Shown piece after piece: positions 25,667-38,200 of a DNA stretch of 64,000 nt. The DNA comes from Bugula neritina. Its lineage: Eukaryota; Animalia; Bryozoa. The notes under the pieces are model-generated. The model saw only the letters and a list, made by a program, of their open reading frames with translations. It ran no database searches and was not told the DNA's origin. The stretch is from NCBI GenBank assembly GCA_964035545.1, contig OZ037765.1:7140698-7204697 (forward strand), read 5' to 3'. The first letter of the stretch is position 1. Each line of letters opens with the position of its first letter. The translations under genes and the position numbers were made by a program.

Positions 25667-27755
25667 GTGTACATGTGTGAGTTGGCATGTGTGTATGTAT
25701 GTATGTATGTATGCGTGTATTCGCAGTTTAGCCACTAATGTATATAGTTTCTTGCAATAAACTGATGACATATTAACAAATACAACTGAATAAGCCAGGT
25801 TTTTTCCTAATTTTGCTTGATTTTCTTTGTTTTATCCTAATATTTTTAGTAATTTAGTTACACGGTAGCGATGCTTTATTCATCACATTAGCTGCTAAAC
25901 TATAAAAAATAGCTAAAAACCAGAGATATATAGTGTGTACTAAATTAAGTATAATGACCCATGTATGTATGTATATACCTACATAAATACGCAGTATAAA
26001 AGCACCATGCTTGTTCTTGCATCTTCTCCATAAAATTGTTGGAGTTGAAAGTTACTCATTTACACATCTGTGGTTCATACAAAAGTCTTTGGCTGTTTTT
26101 AGGAAAATGAATCTGAAAAGCCTCCAATTCTTTACTTGATCGCCTCTCTCCGCCAAATAGTGGAGAATTTTACTCTCCGTTCACCATCCACTCAGACGTT
26201 TGCTTGTGAAACTCTAATTAAGCTATGTCAAGGACTTTCAACTCATCACCCTCTCTATGTATGTAATACTTATCTCAGAATAGCTGTCCTTCAAACAGAT
26301 GTTCAAGCTGTGTGCATAAATGGTCACTTTTCATTTTTATATACCTGGAGATATCTTTCTAATAAATATTTTTATCTTATGAACGAATTATCAAATATGG
26401 AAATCACATGCCATACTTTTGCCAATAATGCATGTAATTGAAATGTAACTTTTTGGTCTGAATTCATTTAAACATTGATTTTAATTTGTTTTGTTTGCTA
26501 GAAAGTCTGGTTTTTATCAAAAGCATTTGTAAAAGCTCAAAGATGATTTTTTTTCGTCAAATTTATGGTTTGTCTGATAGGTATTTGACATGAAATTTGA
26601 GTATAGTTTTTAAAAGTTGATGAAATATTTTGCTAACAGATGCTGCGTTTAGCCAGCAGAAAGCGTATTATATAGAAGAACTGGTTTCACCTTCTCTTGA
26701 ATTGTGTTGTAGATTAATTTGGTAGATGAGCTGTGCACATGTTTGGGCAGTTGTGAGAGCACCCTCACTGCTCATATATTTACCCAGTTGAGAAATAGCA
26801 CTACAGCACTCTATCTAGCTTGCAGACTGCTGAATAAAACGTCTGCACTGGAAGTGTTAGTTCAGGCTATAGAGGCAGTAGCCTTGAAATGGTTTGTATT
26901 ATATATAATATGTTGAATTAGTAAAATAAAAAGACAAATATATTATATATTATGCTGCCTTCAGGTTGTTTTCTTATGACATGGTTCTCCGATTAGGCTA
27001 TAGCGTTGTAGCCATTATGATTTGATGTTTTGTATATTATCATTAGTGATACAGAATGGCTCTTGCGTTTGACCTACCCTTGCTGGGCTGCCTTGACATC
27101 TAATCAAAGCATGGAGTTCTTAGTCAGTGTACAGAACCTAACTCGGGACTCTTGTGACATGGAGGTATATTATTATAAATCATCACCTAGAAGATTCACT
27201 ACACAATAATCTACAATGATTTCTTCAAACTTCAAGGCTAAATATCCCAATTATATGTTATTTTAATTCAAGTAATTGCTAACTCTATTGGCGTTTTCTG
27301 TAATTTTTTCCAATATTTTTAATGTTTTCACTAACATATTTTGCAGTTAGGTTCAACACATATGCCTTTAATCCTTCATTCTAGCCTTGAATCTTCTAGG
27401 CATACTGAATGAATACTTTGAGCAAATATTGTTATTGTAATTATATGCACTGTGTGATTACAGTACTGTGAGGTGTGGCTGCAGATTCTCTGTTCTGCTG
27501 TAATAAGCTGGGCCAAGGGTAAACCCTGCTGGAAACAGCTACCGGCATTGCTCAAGATTAATCTGCATAAATTAATGTCAGAAAGTCCCTGGACTCAATT
27601 ATCTAACCAGGTATTGCAGCTAATACTCAAATATTCGTTTCCTTAAAAAAATCACTGTTAAATTTTATTGAAAACCTTATTTCCTTTTGCAGACCCAGGG
27701 TTGGTTGGAACAAATGAGGCTCAAGAAAGGTTTTACTACTGCTTGGTTTAACTGA
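6135..27755 (+). CDS. FOCAD: Focadhesin (multi-exon HEAT/ARM-like protein)
   Basis: Exon 6135-6188 (MDAVKRHLLFDDKLQQIQ), 8532-8609 (AVHALYK...QSTHQ), 9366-9520 (VPELEYLLNLCCQGDVAISQTAQQCMV...), 10569-10637 and 11540 onward (CPVHPLVKV) track the recalled human FOCAD N-terminus (MSDDIRKRFEFPNSLIQSQ/AVGHL...QSTNQ/TPALNLLWEKCC.../HPHPLITV). Many further helical exon ORFs follow (e.g. 16479-16835, 17315-17572, 18258-18503, 20056-20334, 20476-20763, 24753-25013). The last exon, 27693-27755, ends in TGA. Not every internal junction was checked. Confidence 0.85.
6361..8249 (-). CDS. Rhodopsin-class peptide GPCR, FMRFamide-receptor-like (~399 aa), nested in a FOCAD intron
   Basis: Two exons, 7392-8249 and 6361-6702, joined in phase 0 (FIICQ|LPALLY). 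Seven hydrophobic segments, N-glycosylation sequons at the N-terminus, TM2 LAIFD, TM3 ERY, and TM7 NSAINFILY. The NFxxY variant is typical of the FMRFamide/sex-peptide receptor group. Confidence 0.9.
14530..14995 (+). repeat. Interspersed repeat (probable non-autonomous DNA transposon); inverted homolog at ~44250-44720
   Basis: CCTTCACGATTTTCAGTCAAAAATTCAATTTGGCCGAGTTGAA...ACTTAATCGGCC and AAGGGTACTCGGACGAG...GGTATAAA match the reverse complement of ~44570-44700 and ~44260-44330. Confidence 0.75.
15945..16086. repeat. 28-bp minisatellite, ~5 copies
   Basis: Tandem TATTGTATGTGTTACATTG(G/A)CTACACTG units in a FOCAD intron. Confidence 0.9.
17040..17150. repeat. 10-bp degenerate tandem repeat (GTCAATATAG-like)
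   Basis: Repeated TCAATATAGG/TCAATATATG units. Confidence 0.8.
21228..21437 (-). mobile_element. tRNA-derived SINE, copy 1
   Basis: The reverse strand begins GGGAGCAGCTGTGGTTTACTGGTTAGA (A-box-like), then GGTTTGCGTCC (B-box-like), a core GAAGAGCATCCAGTCATAATTGCTCCTGTGCCAC and a tail GCGACTATAAACT. These parts are shared with three other copies. Confidence 0.75.
23180..23335. repeat. Degenerate ATATGCTTAT tandem repeat
   Basis: Repeated ~10-bp units. They account for the low-complexity ORF 23163-23438. Confidence 0.75.
23470..23557. repeat. (AT)n microsatellite
   Basis: Near-perfect AT dinucleotide run. Confidence 0.97.
23757..23868. repeat. 31-bp minisatellite, ~3.5 copies
   Basis: GGGTGTTTCTGATAGGATAGTGTATGTGAAA units. 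Confidence 0.9.
24480..24695 (+). mobile_element. tRNA-derived SINE, copy 2 (with internal poly-G)
   Basis: GGGAGCAGCCATAGTCTAG...GGGTTAGAGTCC...GAAGAGCATCCAATTATAATTGCTCCTCTGCCAC...GTCCTTAGCCC...CACAGGGA, homologous to the other copies. Confidence 0.72.
25600..25660. repeat. (AT)n microsatellite
   Basis: Perfect AT run. Confidence 0.97.
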
Positions 27756-28307
27756 CAATCTCACAGCTGAAATAGTTCACTGGTCTGCAAAGGAAATAAA
27801 AGCATGATGGTGCATAAGCTGCAGGTTAATGGGCTTATGTTTTAGAGATGGTATTCATCCAATGTTCATAAAACTCAGGAATGTTATGCAGCAACTCTAA
27901 AGTATACCTTCCATAGAATTGTGCTTGCTTAAACTTTGTGCAGTAGGATAAGATTCAGCCAACTCAACAATGAATAAACATTGCTATAGTAAATAAAATA
28001 CTTTAATTTATAATGTATGCAATTACTACAGATTTATGACAAAAATATTCTATGTATATACAAAATATCAAAAAAAAACAGTAAATATCTTTGTATTATA
28101 TTTAATTTTACATTATCAAACTATATATAGATTAAAAATATATTTGCCAACATAAAATTGTGTAGTATTTTAGTTAGCATCAACTTTATATATCCTTGTT
28201 CAAGATGATGTACATTAGAAGGATGAAAGCTAGTGAACAGCACTTTACAATTTTAGAAAATGTCAGTTTCTTAAAAATGTATTCTGGAAGAATGGGTGTA
28301 TGATAGT

Positions 28308-31115
28308 TCAGTCAGAGTCTTCTTCGTCCAAATATTCATCATCACACTTCGATGTCCTCACTACAACGCATAACAAAAGATAAATACTTTATCAAATTTC
28401 TAAAGACACCCAAAATAATTTTAAAATGCATTATCACCAGACTGTATTGTAATAATAATAACTGTTTGGTTGCTACAGAGTCTAGCAACTAAAAGTTAGA
28501 AAGAAATGGATTTGGGAAAAAAAACTACCATGACTACTGTTCATATAATGGGATTTTATTACTGATTCATTATTGTTGGTAATTGGATTGCTTAGCAATT
28601 AAACAAACAGTAAGAAGCTTTTTACCTGCTCTCTGTAATAGGGCAGCACAAGCCGGGTTCCTAGCTAGTTGCAAGGGAGTTTTTCCCTCATTATTTTTTA
28701 TGGTGGGATTAACATCTAAAATAAAATTTCCATGACAATTGATAGTGAACAACAATTTTGAGGATACACATGACACAGCCAGTGCCCATCTTGCCAGTAG
28801 ACTTCTCTATGATATAATGCACTGGAAACAAAGAATTAGCTGTGAATTGGTAAATAATTTTCCGACACCTTTTCAGGATTTCTGGATGAATTTCACAACA
28901 TACATGTAGCTATGTTGGTTTTAAAAAACTTATGAACTAGGCATATTACTGCAAAGCAATGCACATGGTAAGAAATTACGAGAAAGCTCAACTACTGTAA
29001 AGCAAGAGATGCAGAGCAGTTGCATTATTTTCATACAATGACATCCGAAATTTCTTTCTAGATATACAAAAGTGATAAACATACTTCTATCTAACAAAAG
29101 GCCAACACAGTCAGCGTGTCCTTTCCATGAGCAAGCGTGTAGTGGAGTATCACCCAATTTGTTCTGCAAAAAACATGTTCAACAATTTAATAATTTAGAG
29201 CATGCTTACCACAGCATAACAGATACAAAACGCTCCAAGTTTAGCATGAAGCGATGGTGAAATTTCCAATATACTGACACTATGTCAATTCCTATATCAA
29301 GTATTTATATAAAATCAAATAACTACATATAAATGGACCCTATAGATTGAACATAACCAAAAAGTACTCAAAAATGATTCATATGATATAACAGTGTTGA
29401 CCATATTCACAATGAATAATGCTGATGAATGCACGCACATTCAAAAGTTGTCTCTTGTCTCAACAAGTGTGTTCAAGTGGATGTTTGAAGCATAGACACT
29501 CTTTGGCCATATGCTGAGCCAATCACAATATATCACTTGGAACTATGCTCTATCTATTGTTGCCATAGCACACATTGAACAATGCTTACCTGTGAGTCGA
29601 GAGAAATGTTGGGTACATTAAGTAGTGCTTGCACACACTCCGTATGCCCGCCGTGAGCTGCCCAATAAAGAGGTGTGGACTGTGCTTTGTCTAAACCATT
29701 CACTGAAACGCCATTAGCTAAACACTCTTGCAGAAATGGCAAGTTTCCTCTTTTAGCAGCTTCATGCAAAGGGTTGTCAATTGCTTCCATGCTTTCAGAA
29801 ACTGCAAAAAATATCTGGGTCATTTTACTTCATCTAGTACACACTGGAAATCTCCAGTTTTTAGCCATATTTTCACAACTTGGCTGCCAATGTATATGGG
29901 TCTTGCACAAAACTAATAAAATATTAATAAATACAACTCAATAATCAAGGTTATTCTAAATTTTGCCTGATCTTTTATGTTTTTTCTAAATTATTTAGTT
30001 AATTTGGATTTGCAGACTTTTACGGTTTTTCGATTGGGTATTAAATTAAGTAAAATAACCCATCTGTCTATTCTCATATATGAAGCTTGAAACCTTTTTC
30101 TCAACTTTCACTTTAGTCATGCCAATTGAAGTGCAAAAATAATCTAATTTCAAACTTACAAAACTGATAAAAATCACAAGCAAAAGTTATTTATTATACC
30201 TACAACAACTGCATGCTTGCATTTCATCATTGATCAGACAACAAATAGGCAAAGTTGAAACCTGTTTTAAGCCTGGTACTGCTTATATTGCTATTGTGGC
30301 AGCCATCAACTAAGCGGGAATTTATTGAAAATATGGCACATTTAAACTGGTCCACACATCATTTACTTCCTTAAAAGTATCCAAAGTAGAGAAGTATAAA
30401 ACGCCTATAAGTTTAATCCATGCCCATAAATGAATTGCTAAAACATTGAACTGCATAGATTACAACTTAGAATTCCTCAAACAATCCAATAAATCCAAAA
30501 AAGTTAGTTTTATTACCATAGTTACTAGGAATGAGCCCACTTCGATTGTTACATTTCGCTTTCCACCAGCCATTAGGATCAGACGAATCAGTGATGTACA
30601 AGGTATCGCCTTCCTCAAAAGAAAGCTCATCCGGTTGCGTGGCTGTGTACTTAAACATTGCTCTTACCACTTTTACTTGCACTAAAAATTGAATGCAAGT
30701 GTTGGAAAACATTGTATTTCGCGTATATCCTCACCTATCTCCGCTCTATCCTGTTCGAGTAGTGGGGTATTATATTTTAAGTTATATATACAAAAAAATT
30801 ATAAAATATAAAAAAGAGTATATAAATAATTGTATACCAAAACTATATAATTTGTACTTTACAACAATTACTGTCTTTCAGAACATGGAAGCCATTGCAT
30901 AGCTAACCATAGTGTCTTTCAGTGATGAAAGAAATGCAAAGTTGGCTTTGCAGTGGGATCCACGAATGTGCATAGAAAAAGCCAGTCAAGAACTATTTAT
31001 AGCACAACTGGAGTACTTACTCAATCCTCAACATTATACAGAACTACTCTAAAAGATTTCACTTACCTCTGCGGGAGGGTGGAGGAGGGGGTGGTGGGCG
31101 CTTATCAGCAGACAT
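28308..31115 (-). CDS. OSTF1: Osteoclast-stimulating factor 1 (proline-rich, SH3, ankyrin repeats, acidic tail)
   Basis: Exons 31067-31115 ([16 protein letters not shown]), 30517-30681 (SH3: [10 protein letters not shown]...DELSFEEGD...GWWK...GLIPSNY), 29590-29801 ([13 protein letters not shown]...), 29085-29163 ([16 protein letters not shown]), 28626-28715 and 28308-28360 (…EYLDEEDSD*). All junctions are in frame. The C-terminus matches the recalled human YLDDEDSD. Confidence 0.95.
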
Positions 31116-31550
31116 CTTATAACTAGGTATCTACCAACAATATACTACTAACAATATTCCCTGGCAGCAAAGGTTTGTTGTGAGATTTGGCTATTCAATT
31201 CCTTTGTGCATAATGAGAGGGAGGTTCAAATATATGCTACAACAGAGTGCATAGCTATTGACTATGAGTATTACATTTGAATTATAAAACTACAACATTG
31301 AAAACTTGACAACTATTTGACGTTATAATTGATAATGAGTTTAACCTTAATTTAAAATTTTACTAGATAACAACAAAAATATGTCAACTGATGCTGTTTG
31401 TGCCATGAAAATCTATCCGAAGTTATTGGACAAACAAAGGTTAAAAAACCCAGCCGTACAATATTTGGGCTATTGCCTTAATTGTGACCAATTTCTAGAT
31501 CCCTGATAGTCCTTGGAGCAAACTGTTCAGCTACTTGGTACTGTTAGCCT

Positions 31551-31913
31551 CTACTGATTGGGCTGCCTCCTTGCATGGAAGCGAGTCTGTTTAGCACCTA
31601 AAGTTGGCTTGTTCAGCAAATCCTCATAAGAAGAGCTGAAAGCTGGATGCTGTCCATCTTTGCTAAAATGTTTTCCTTCTTTGTTAAAGGAGATGTAGGC
31701 AGTGTTTCTTCGTGGTGCTTCGACATCTCCACGGTCTTTGATATTGGCTATGAATGGCACAGTATCCACTTGTATTTTTTCTAAGTCAGAAATATCCTTC
31801 CTGCAAGCTGTGTCCAAAGCTGCGCTAGCATACTCAAGGTGTGGAAGACACAATGCCTTGTACACAATCAGCTGTGCCCATTCAGGTGCCCAGTAGAAAG
31901 CTCTTTTAACCAT
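31551..31913 (-). mobile_element. Degenerate non-LTR retrotransposon (LINE) ORF2 C-terminal fragment
   Basis: YKALCLPHLEYASAALD...DISDLEKIQ resembles the post-RT 'YxxLvRPxLEYAsxxWdP...DIxxLExVQ' segment of CR1/L2/jockey-type elements. Truncated and decayed. Confidence 0.75.
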
Positions 31914-32199
31914 ATCTCACTATCTTCTACTTCTAGCATCTAGTATTTTCTTTGATATATGCTTTCAAGTATAACTCCAAAAGTTTAACGTTAATTTTAA
32001 GCACATTACCATACTACTATGACTAACTAATAGTAATAGTAACACTGTAACTATACCTATTATGCCTATAGAGTATTACTATCAGTAAGAGTATATCAAC
32101 AGTAATACTGTATTAGTATAGTTCAAATCAAACCAAATACACATAATCATAGTGATACTGATATTGATACTTATACTAATACTTTAACTTATAGTATCA

Positions 32200-32575
32200 G
32201 TAATAGACTATCTCATAGTCATAATGATACTGATGGTCATAACTCATAAGCGATAAGTCTGTCATAGTGATACTCATAGTCATAGTCATACTGATAGTGA
32301 TACTCATACTGTAGTCATACTGCTACTCTACTGAGATAGTTATACTAAAACTAAAAGTAAACGATCATATCAAATTTAATATTTTATTAATATTTAGTAT
32401 AACTATAAGTAAATTAGTAATAAGAGTAAGACTATCTCATTCTCATAGTCATAATGATACTGATGGTCATAACTCATAAGCGATGAGTCTGTCATAGTGA
32501 TACTCGTAGTCATACTAATAGTAATACTCATACTGTAATCATACTGATACTCTACTGAGATAATTATACTAAAAT
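32200..32575. repeat. ~150-bp imperfect direct duplication within a low-complexity tract
   Basis: CTCATAGTCATAATGATACTGATGGTCATAACTCATAAGCGAT...CTCTACTGAGATA occurs at ~32212-32340 and ~32442-32562. Confidence 0.85.
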
Positions 32576-32799
32576 TAAACGATTATATTAAATAATTATA
32601 TTAAATTCAATTAATATTATCAATATTTAGTTTTACTTTTAGTGGCTGATTATATTCATATTGTATTATTGCAAAGTTATAGTAGAACATAATCGCTAAC
32701 TATAAATTTAATGCTAAATTAAATTTTAGTTTAATAATTCAGAGCTTGCGTATGATTCATGTAAGCATAATATAATTATCAACACATAAAATTTAAATT

Positions 32800-33210
32800 T
32801 TACTGCAATTTAAGTCACGGAAGCAACATAAGCTTGTACGGAAGTTGAGAGCTCATGAGACTATAAAATGTTTAATCTATTTAAAATTTAAGCTTAATTT
32901 TAAAAAAAATACATTAAATAAAATAAAAATTAAAAAAAAATAAAAAAATTAAAAAATAATAACTCGTCAATATAATTTTATTACATGAATATGATACTGC
33001 TGGTTACAGAATAAACTTTGACCTTATGCTAGCGGAAAGGCAACGGAAATTTTCCATGTAATTACAATAAATAACCCAAAGCAATCAGCTGATTATCGGG
33101 TGACTGTTGAAGCCGGCTTAAAGTTAAGGTTACCAGTTTCAAAGCGAACTAAAAATACCCTTTCTATCCCTTTGAGTCACATTAAAAGTTTTTCGGATAT
33201 ATCGCGACTA
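32800..33210. promoter_or_regulatory. Putative bidirectional promoter for OSTF1 and CASTOR
   Basis: Cluster of CGGAA(G/A) ETS-like motifs (~32818, ~32839, ~33032, ~33044) with local CpG enrichment between the divergent genes. Confidence 0.45.
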
Positions 33211-35250
33211 TTTATTTAAGCATATAAATATAATTCTAAATAGAAATTTAAAATTAGAACACAAAATCAAATTGAAATAAAAAATAATATATTAATTTTA
33301 AAATCTAGTAGTAGTATTCAATTTCAATGTGTGTTTCATCGTTAATCAAACTGTAACTGTAATAATACTTGGAGTTACTGTTGTACTTACTAAATTAACA
33401 TTACTATTAGTATTGCTTATTGCTGTCAACTTCAAGTATCAATACTAATATTATTACTTATTAGTTATTAGTATTACTATTACTTACTATTACTAATACT
33501 AATAGTAATTAGTAATTAGTATTACTATTATATTACTATTGGTATTACTATTACTATTAGTATTAGTGTAAGTATTACTATTAGATTTGCTTTTACTTTT
33601 AGTATTACTATTAGTAACAGTATTAGTATTACTATCAGTATCATTATTACTGTATTAGTATTACACTTGGTATTACTATTAGTATTAGTAATACTTACAT
33701 TTATAATATATTATTAATAATTATTACTTCTAACTGAAACCACAATGACCACAAATTTGATTAGTAATTATTTTCACTATTACGGTTATCATATTTAAAA
33801 TTATGGTATTTATAATCATATTCATAATATTATTATTATCAACTTCAAGCGTGGTCATCATTATGATTATCCACAAGAATCATGATTTATATTATTATTA
33901 TGCATTTGATTTTATTTTACAACTGCAGTAACAATCATTGTTAGCCATGTTAGTTGCAGTTGCAAATAATACATATAAATTTTCTTTTATATTTGCCTAA
34001 CGCGCAGCATTAGTATCAATCATAATCATTATGAGTACGAATCCCTGATAGCAATTCTTATTCTATAACTGTAAAGTTTAAATTTGTCAATATTTATTTT
34101 TAAAGGTATATAGCCGATGGTTGCTATTAAATTTAAATAAAAAACAATGAAAGTATGAGCATAAATATAAATCTTCATATGATTATAATTATTTATAATT
34201 TTCACCATATTAATTTTTACTCTGTGACCTTGTTAATGGTTACTCAATAATCGAAAGAGCATTCATAAGGACTGTTGGCATAAATATTGAAATATTGAAG
34301 CTAAAGCGAAATTAAATTAATAATCATATGCTACATATGACAACAATAATAATATTTTTCAAGCTTGAAAATACCACATATATATCTTATGTTATTCAGC
34401 AGTTACAGTATCAGGATTTATTTATTCATATTCAAATAACTCAGCTGAAAATAGATTGAATTAAAATACAATAATTGTGAAATTACTGTAGGTTTGTTCT
34501 GAAATACTATGATTTTATTGTTTTAAGTTTGAAGAATGCAGACTTACATAGATTATAGCTATATCAATATGTTTAGGTGATTTGTATTGCATAGGGTATA
34601 GTAGCCTTAGGTAACAAATTCTACTCAATTGCTTTTCTAGGTCATGATAGGTTGACTATGAACATTTTTTGGATAATTACTTTTATCTTAATTAAGTTTG
34701 AGTTTCAGATATGCTACTTCTAAGTGTATTCAAAATTCTAATTATATGAATCTTGCATACACCGTACTTTTATAATGAAAATAGGGTTGTGTTTAATCAT
34801 TTTGCCGTTTTTTGTTTTCAATGTTAAAAACTGAATCTATCCAACAGCAAATTAAATTTTAATTTGACAACTGTAAAATTTGGTACATCTTTGGATCCAA
34901 CAAGTAATGCTAGCATGTCTGCAAAACTAATTTATTATTAAATACTGTGCTCTCTAAAATTTCTATCAAAATGCGACCATTAGTTGGAAACTAAGCCTTA
35001 CAAAAACTAGCATCTCTTTTCATTTGTGTTGAAAAATTACTTGTCTACTTAGCTCATATTATGCTTACTTTGTAATTTTTTGTGTTGTCATGCTAGCAAT
35101 GTTTTCATTCAGTCTACATTCAAATTTCTCTTCCTCCTGTATAAAGCTGTAAAGTTGTAAAGTATATTTGATGAATATAATTTATCAAGTCCTAGAGCAT
35201 CATGCCCTTTCTTATATTTTATATGTTAGTGCAAAGCAACTGTGAGTGTG

Positions 35251-38200
35251 ATGGTGAACATGAAAGCTAGTATGGATGAGAGAATGGAGATAAACATATT
35301 GGATTACAGGCTTAGAGTTATGACCATCAGTAAGTCGGCCATTGGAAAGTTTACCCATTCTCTACTTGATGTTTTATTCCTGAAACACTATTCAAATAAT
35401 AACAACTACAAAGAGCATCACGGGTGAGCAATATCATATAGTTTACAGCTTGTTGAATAGTTACGTCTTTATTCATCATAGCAACCATCTAACTTTGACA
35501 GTTTCAAGTAGTTAAATAAGTTAACTCAAAAGGAAAATTGGAAATCTCCTCAAGCATCTCTACTGAAATCAATACTGTAAACATCTATTATTCATAAGAG
35601 TTGATTGAAGAAGGTCATCTAAAAATAACCTCAGGTAGTCTGGTTGCAAAACAAAGTAAATTTTAGATGTAGATGTCTATTTTTTATGGAACTAACTATT
35701 CTTCACTACAACTACATTGATATAGAGAACATTAGGCCTTAAATGAGTAGTCCATGTGCCATTTTATGTTGTATGACTAGCAAACCCAGTCTCATTGCAA
35801 TCTTTTTACCCTGTCCTCTAGGGCTGATTTTCTAAATTAGAATGTTTATTATATACGCACACATGAGGATTAGAATTAGGTTTCTTCGGTTTGGAAGGTA
35901 GGTAAGATGTTTGCTAGTTGGGTTACCATAAAGTTGTGGTTAATATTTTCTTTTCCAGGTTTGTCAGCATCACTGCCACTCAGGAAGAGTACTCTATCAT
36001 CATGGAGGAGGAGGCTTTCAACGGTAAGTAATAGCAAGTAGCTAGCATCTAGCAGCGCCATGGACTTGTGTGTTCATATTGCAGTGTAAACATTCTGTGT
36101 CAATATTATATAACTTGTACTTCAGTTAAGCAACACATTGTAGCTGTCAGGTAAGCTGTCAGGATGAGTTAGTTGAAGCTAGTAGTAATCAATGTCAGGC
36201 CATACTATCAGGTGTTGTGACTCTACTTTAGTCACTGCATCCTACACAGTTAATGGTCTACCACTCCAATCTGGTTGACCAGCTGAGCTATTAGCTTCCA
36301 GCTGTTACAGCTGTGATTGTGATGGTGTCATCATCATTCTGCCAATCCCTTTTTCAACTTGTCTGAAGATTATTTTTCGAACAGTTCTGGATATTGGAAA
36401 ATGGCTTATATTTTATGTATTTCTGTGCTTAGCTTGTTGGGGTAGTTATAAAGTAATGACTAGTTGAAATTTTTGTGAAATTTCAAGTTTTTTTACAGAC
36501 AGTAACTAGGAATCTGCTGTGAAAGTTGTTAGGAACTAACATCATGTATGTAGGAATAGCTTGCTTTGATGTATCATTTATTATTATGCATTTTGAGCAC
36601 TGAGTTGGAATTTGAGATTGGCTGACATCTTAACACTGACATCATGCTATAGATAATCTTTACTTATCTATCTGCTAGAATCCAGTGGAATTTGTCGCAC
36701 TGTTGCCCATATCTTGGAAATATGTATACTGCTGGTATGACAAGCTTGAATGACACTGGTTACCCAGTCTATATTTCCACCAACACCAACTTGTTTGCTT
36801 CCAAATAAAATAAATTGTTCTGCTAATTGTGTTAAAAATGAGATGCCTGTTGCTAATGTACAAATACTACTCTGTGTGTTTTTAAATAAGTCTGCCAACT
36901 TGAAGTTCTATATTTTAAAAATTTTGATAAAGTAATGCTTTTCCTGCTATACTCCCAACTAAATTAAAATAACCTTGAGTTTTGTGGTGAATAGTAGTTT
37001 TCTGTGTGTTATTTCCAGTCATTCTAAATGAATTACCAATTTAGCATGTGTAACAGCTGTAAGAGGGTTTGAAACTTATCAAAGTGGTGTGAATCCCAAT
37101 ACCCAGCACAATCGAACTAAAATTAAGCAGCCAGCAAGGCTAGTCTGGATGGAGAGTAATATCTAATATTTCAATATCTAAAGCCCGTTCTCTTGTTTTT
37201 GTGTCGCCTTATATTCAATGGTGTTTGTAGCATTTGACCTAAAGAGCGAAGGCTTGGTGGTGAACAAAGAAACATGGCTGCCTCTAGTGGCAAGTGCTGG
37301 TCCAATGGTAACAGAGCACACAACTGCTGGTATTAGTAAGATTGCCAACTCAGTGCTAATTCCTCTAGCCGACCAGGGAATATCTGTCTACCCCCTGTCA
37401 ACATACAGAACTGACTACGTGCTGGTTAGTACTGCTACTTGCGCTCTCTCTCTTTTCACTTTGCTCAATAGCCGTAGCTAACCTACTGACGTTGGGAGAG
37501 CTAATAATAAATGATATGACTGTTTTCACTGGAGTTTTATGCGAAAACTTGTAGCTTTTCCAAATGGTTCTATTAACTCTGGCATTATCTCAAAAGTTAT
37601 ACATCGGATGGTACATCGGATATTTTTGACGTTGCTAATACTCAACCTAAGCATCTGCATGCCTATTGCAACTGGTCGCGCCGCAAATTAATGCCACGTG
37701 ATCAAAGCGTCAGGTTATCAGACCAGTTGATCCACTTCTTTCAATAATGATTATGCCGCGCACAAAGCCATATAACGACGTGCATCCAGGGCAGTCCATA
37801 AAAATCCAGGCACGATAATGACTCCGAGTAATGACTAGTTCTATAATAATGCAAACTATACCCCAGTTAACACTCTATTATGGTAAACCGTTATCTTTCT
37901 TTTCCTTCTCGTTTGTAAAAAATGATCAAACTAGATATTGTATAGACCCAATTTAAAGAACAAACATAGAACAAATAGCTATATGAATTTGCAGCAGTAA
38001 TTAGTTATTTGCACAGAGATTAGAGCTCACTTCTGGTGACGGCTTTACAAGTTGCCGTCTTATATCTGAGTAGCGGTAGTGAGTTGAATACAGCAAGGTT
38101 GTAGGGTAGACCAGAACTATGCTACAACAAACAGATTAGAATAGCAAGTGTGAAAAACCTGTTTACCAGTGAAAAAAATATTTACAGTTATTTTCTTTTG

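Noticed and set aside
29420-29460. Hammerhead ribozyme (CTGATGA plus a hairpin)
   Set aside because: No GAAA after stem II and no convincing stems I/III. Other CTGATGA sites fail in the same way.
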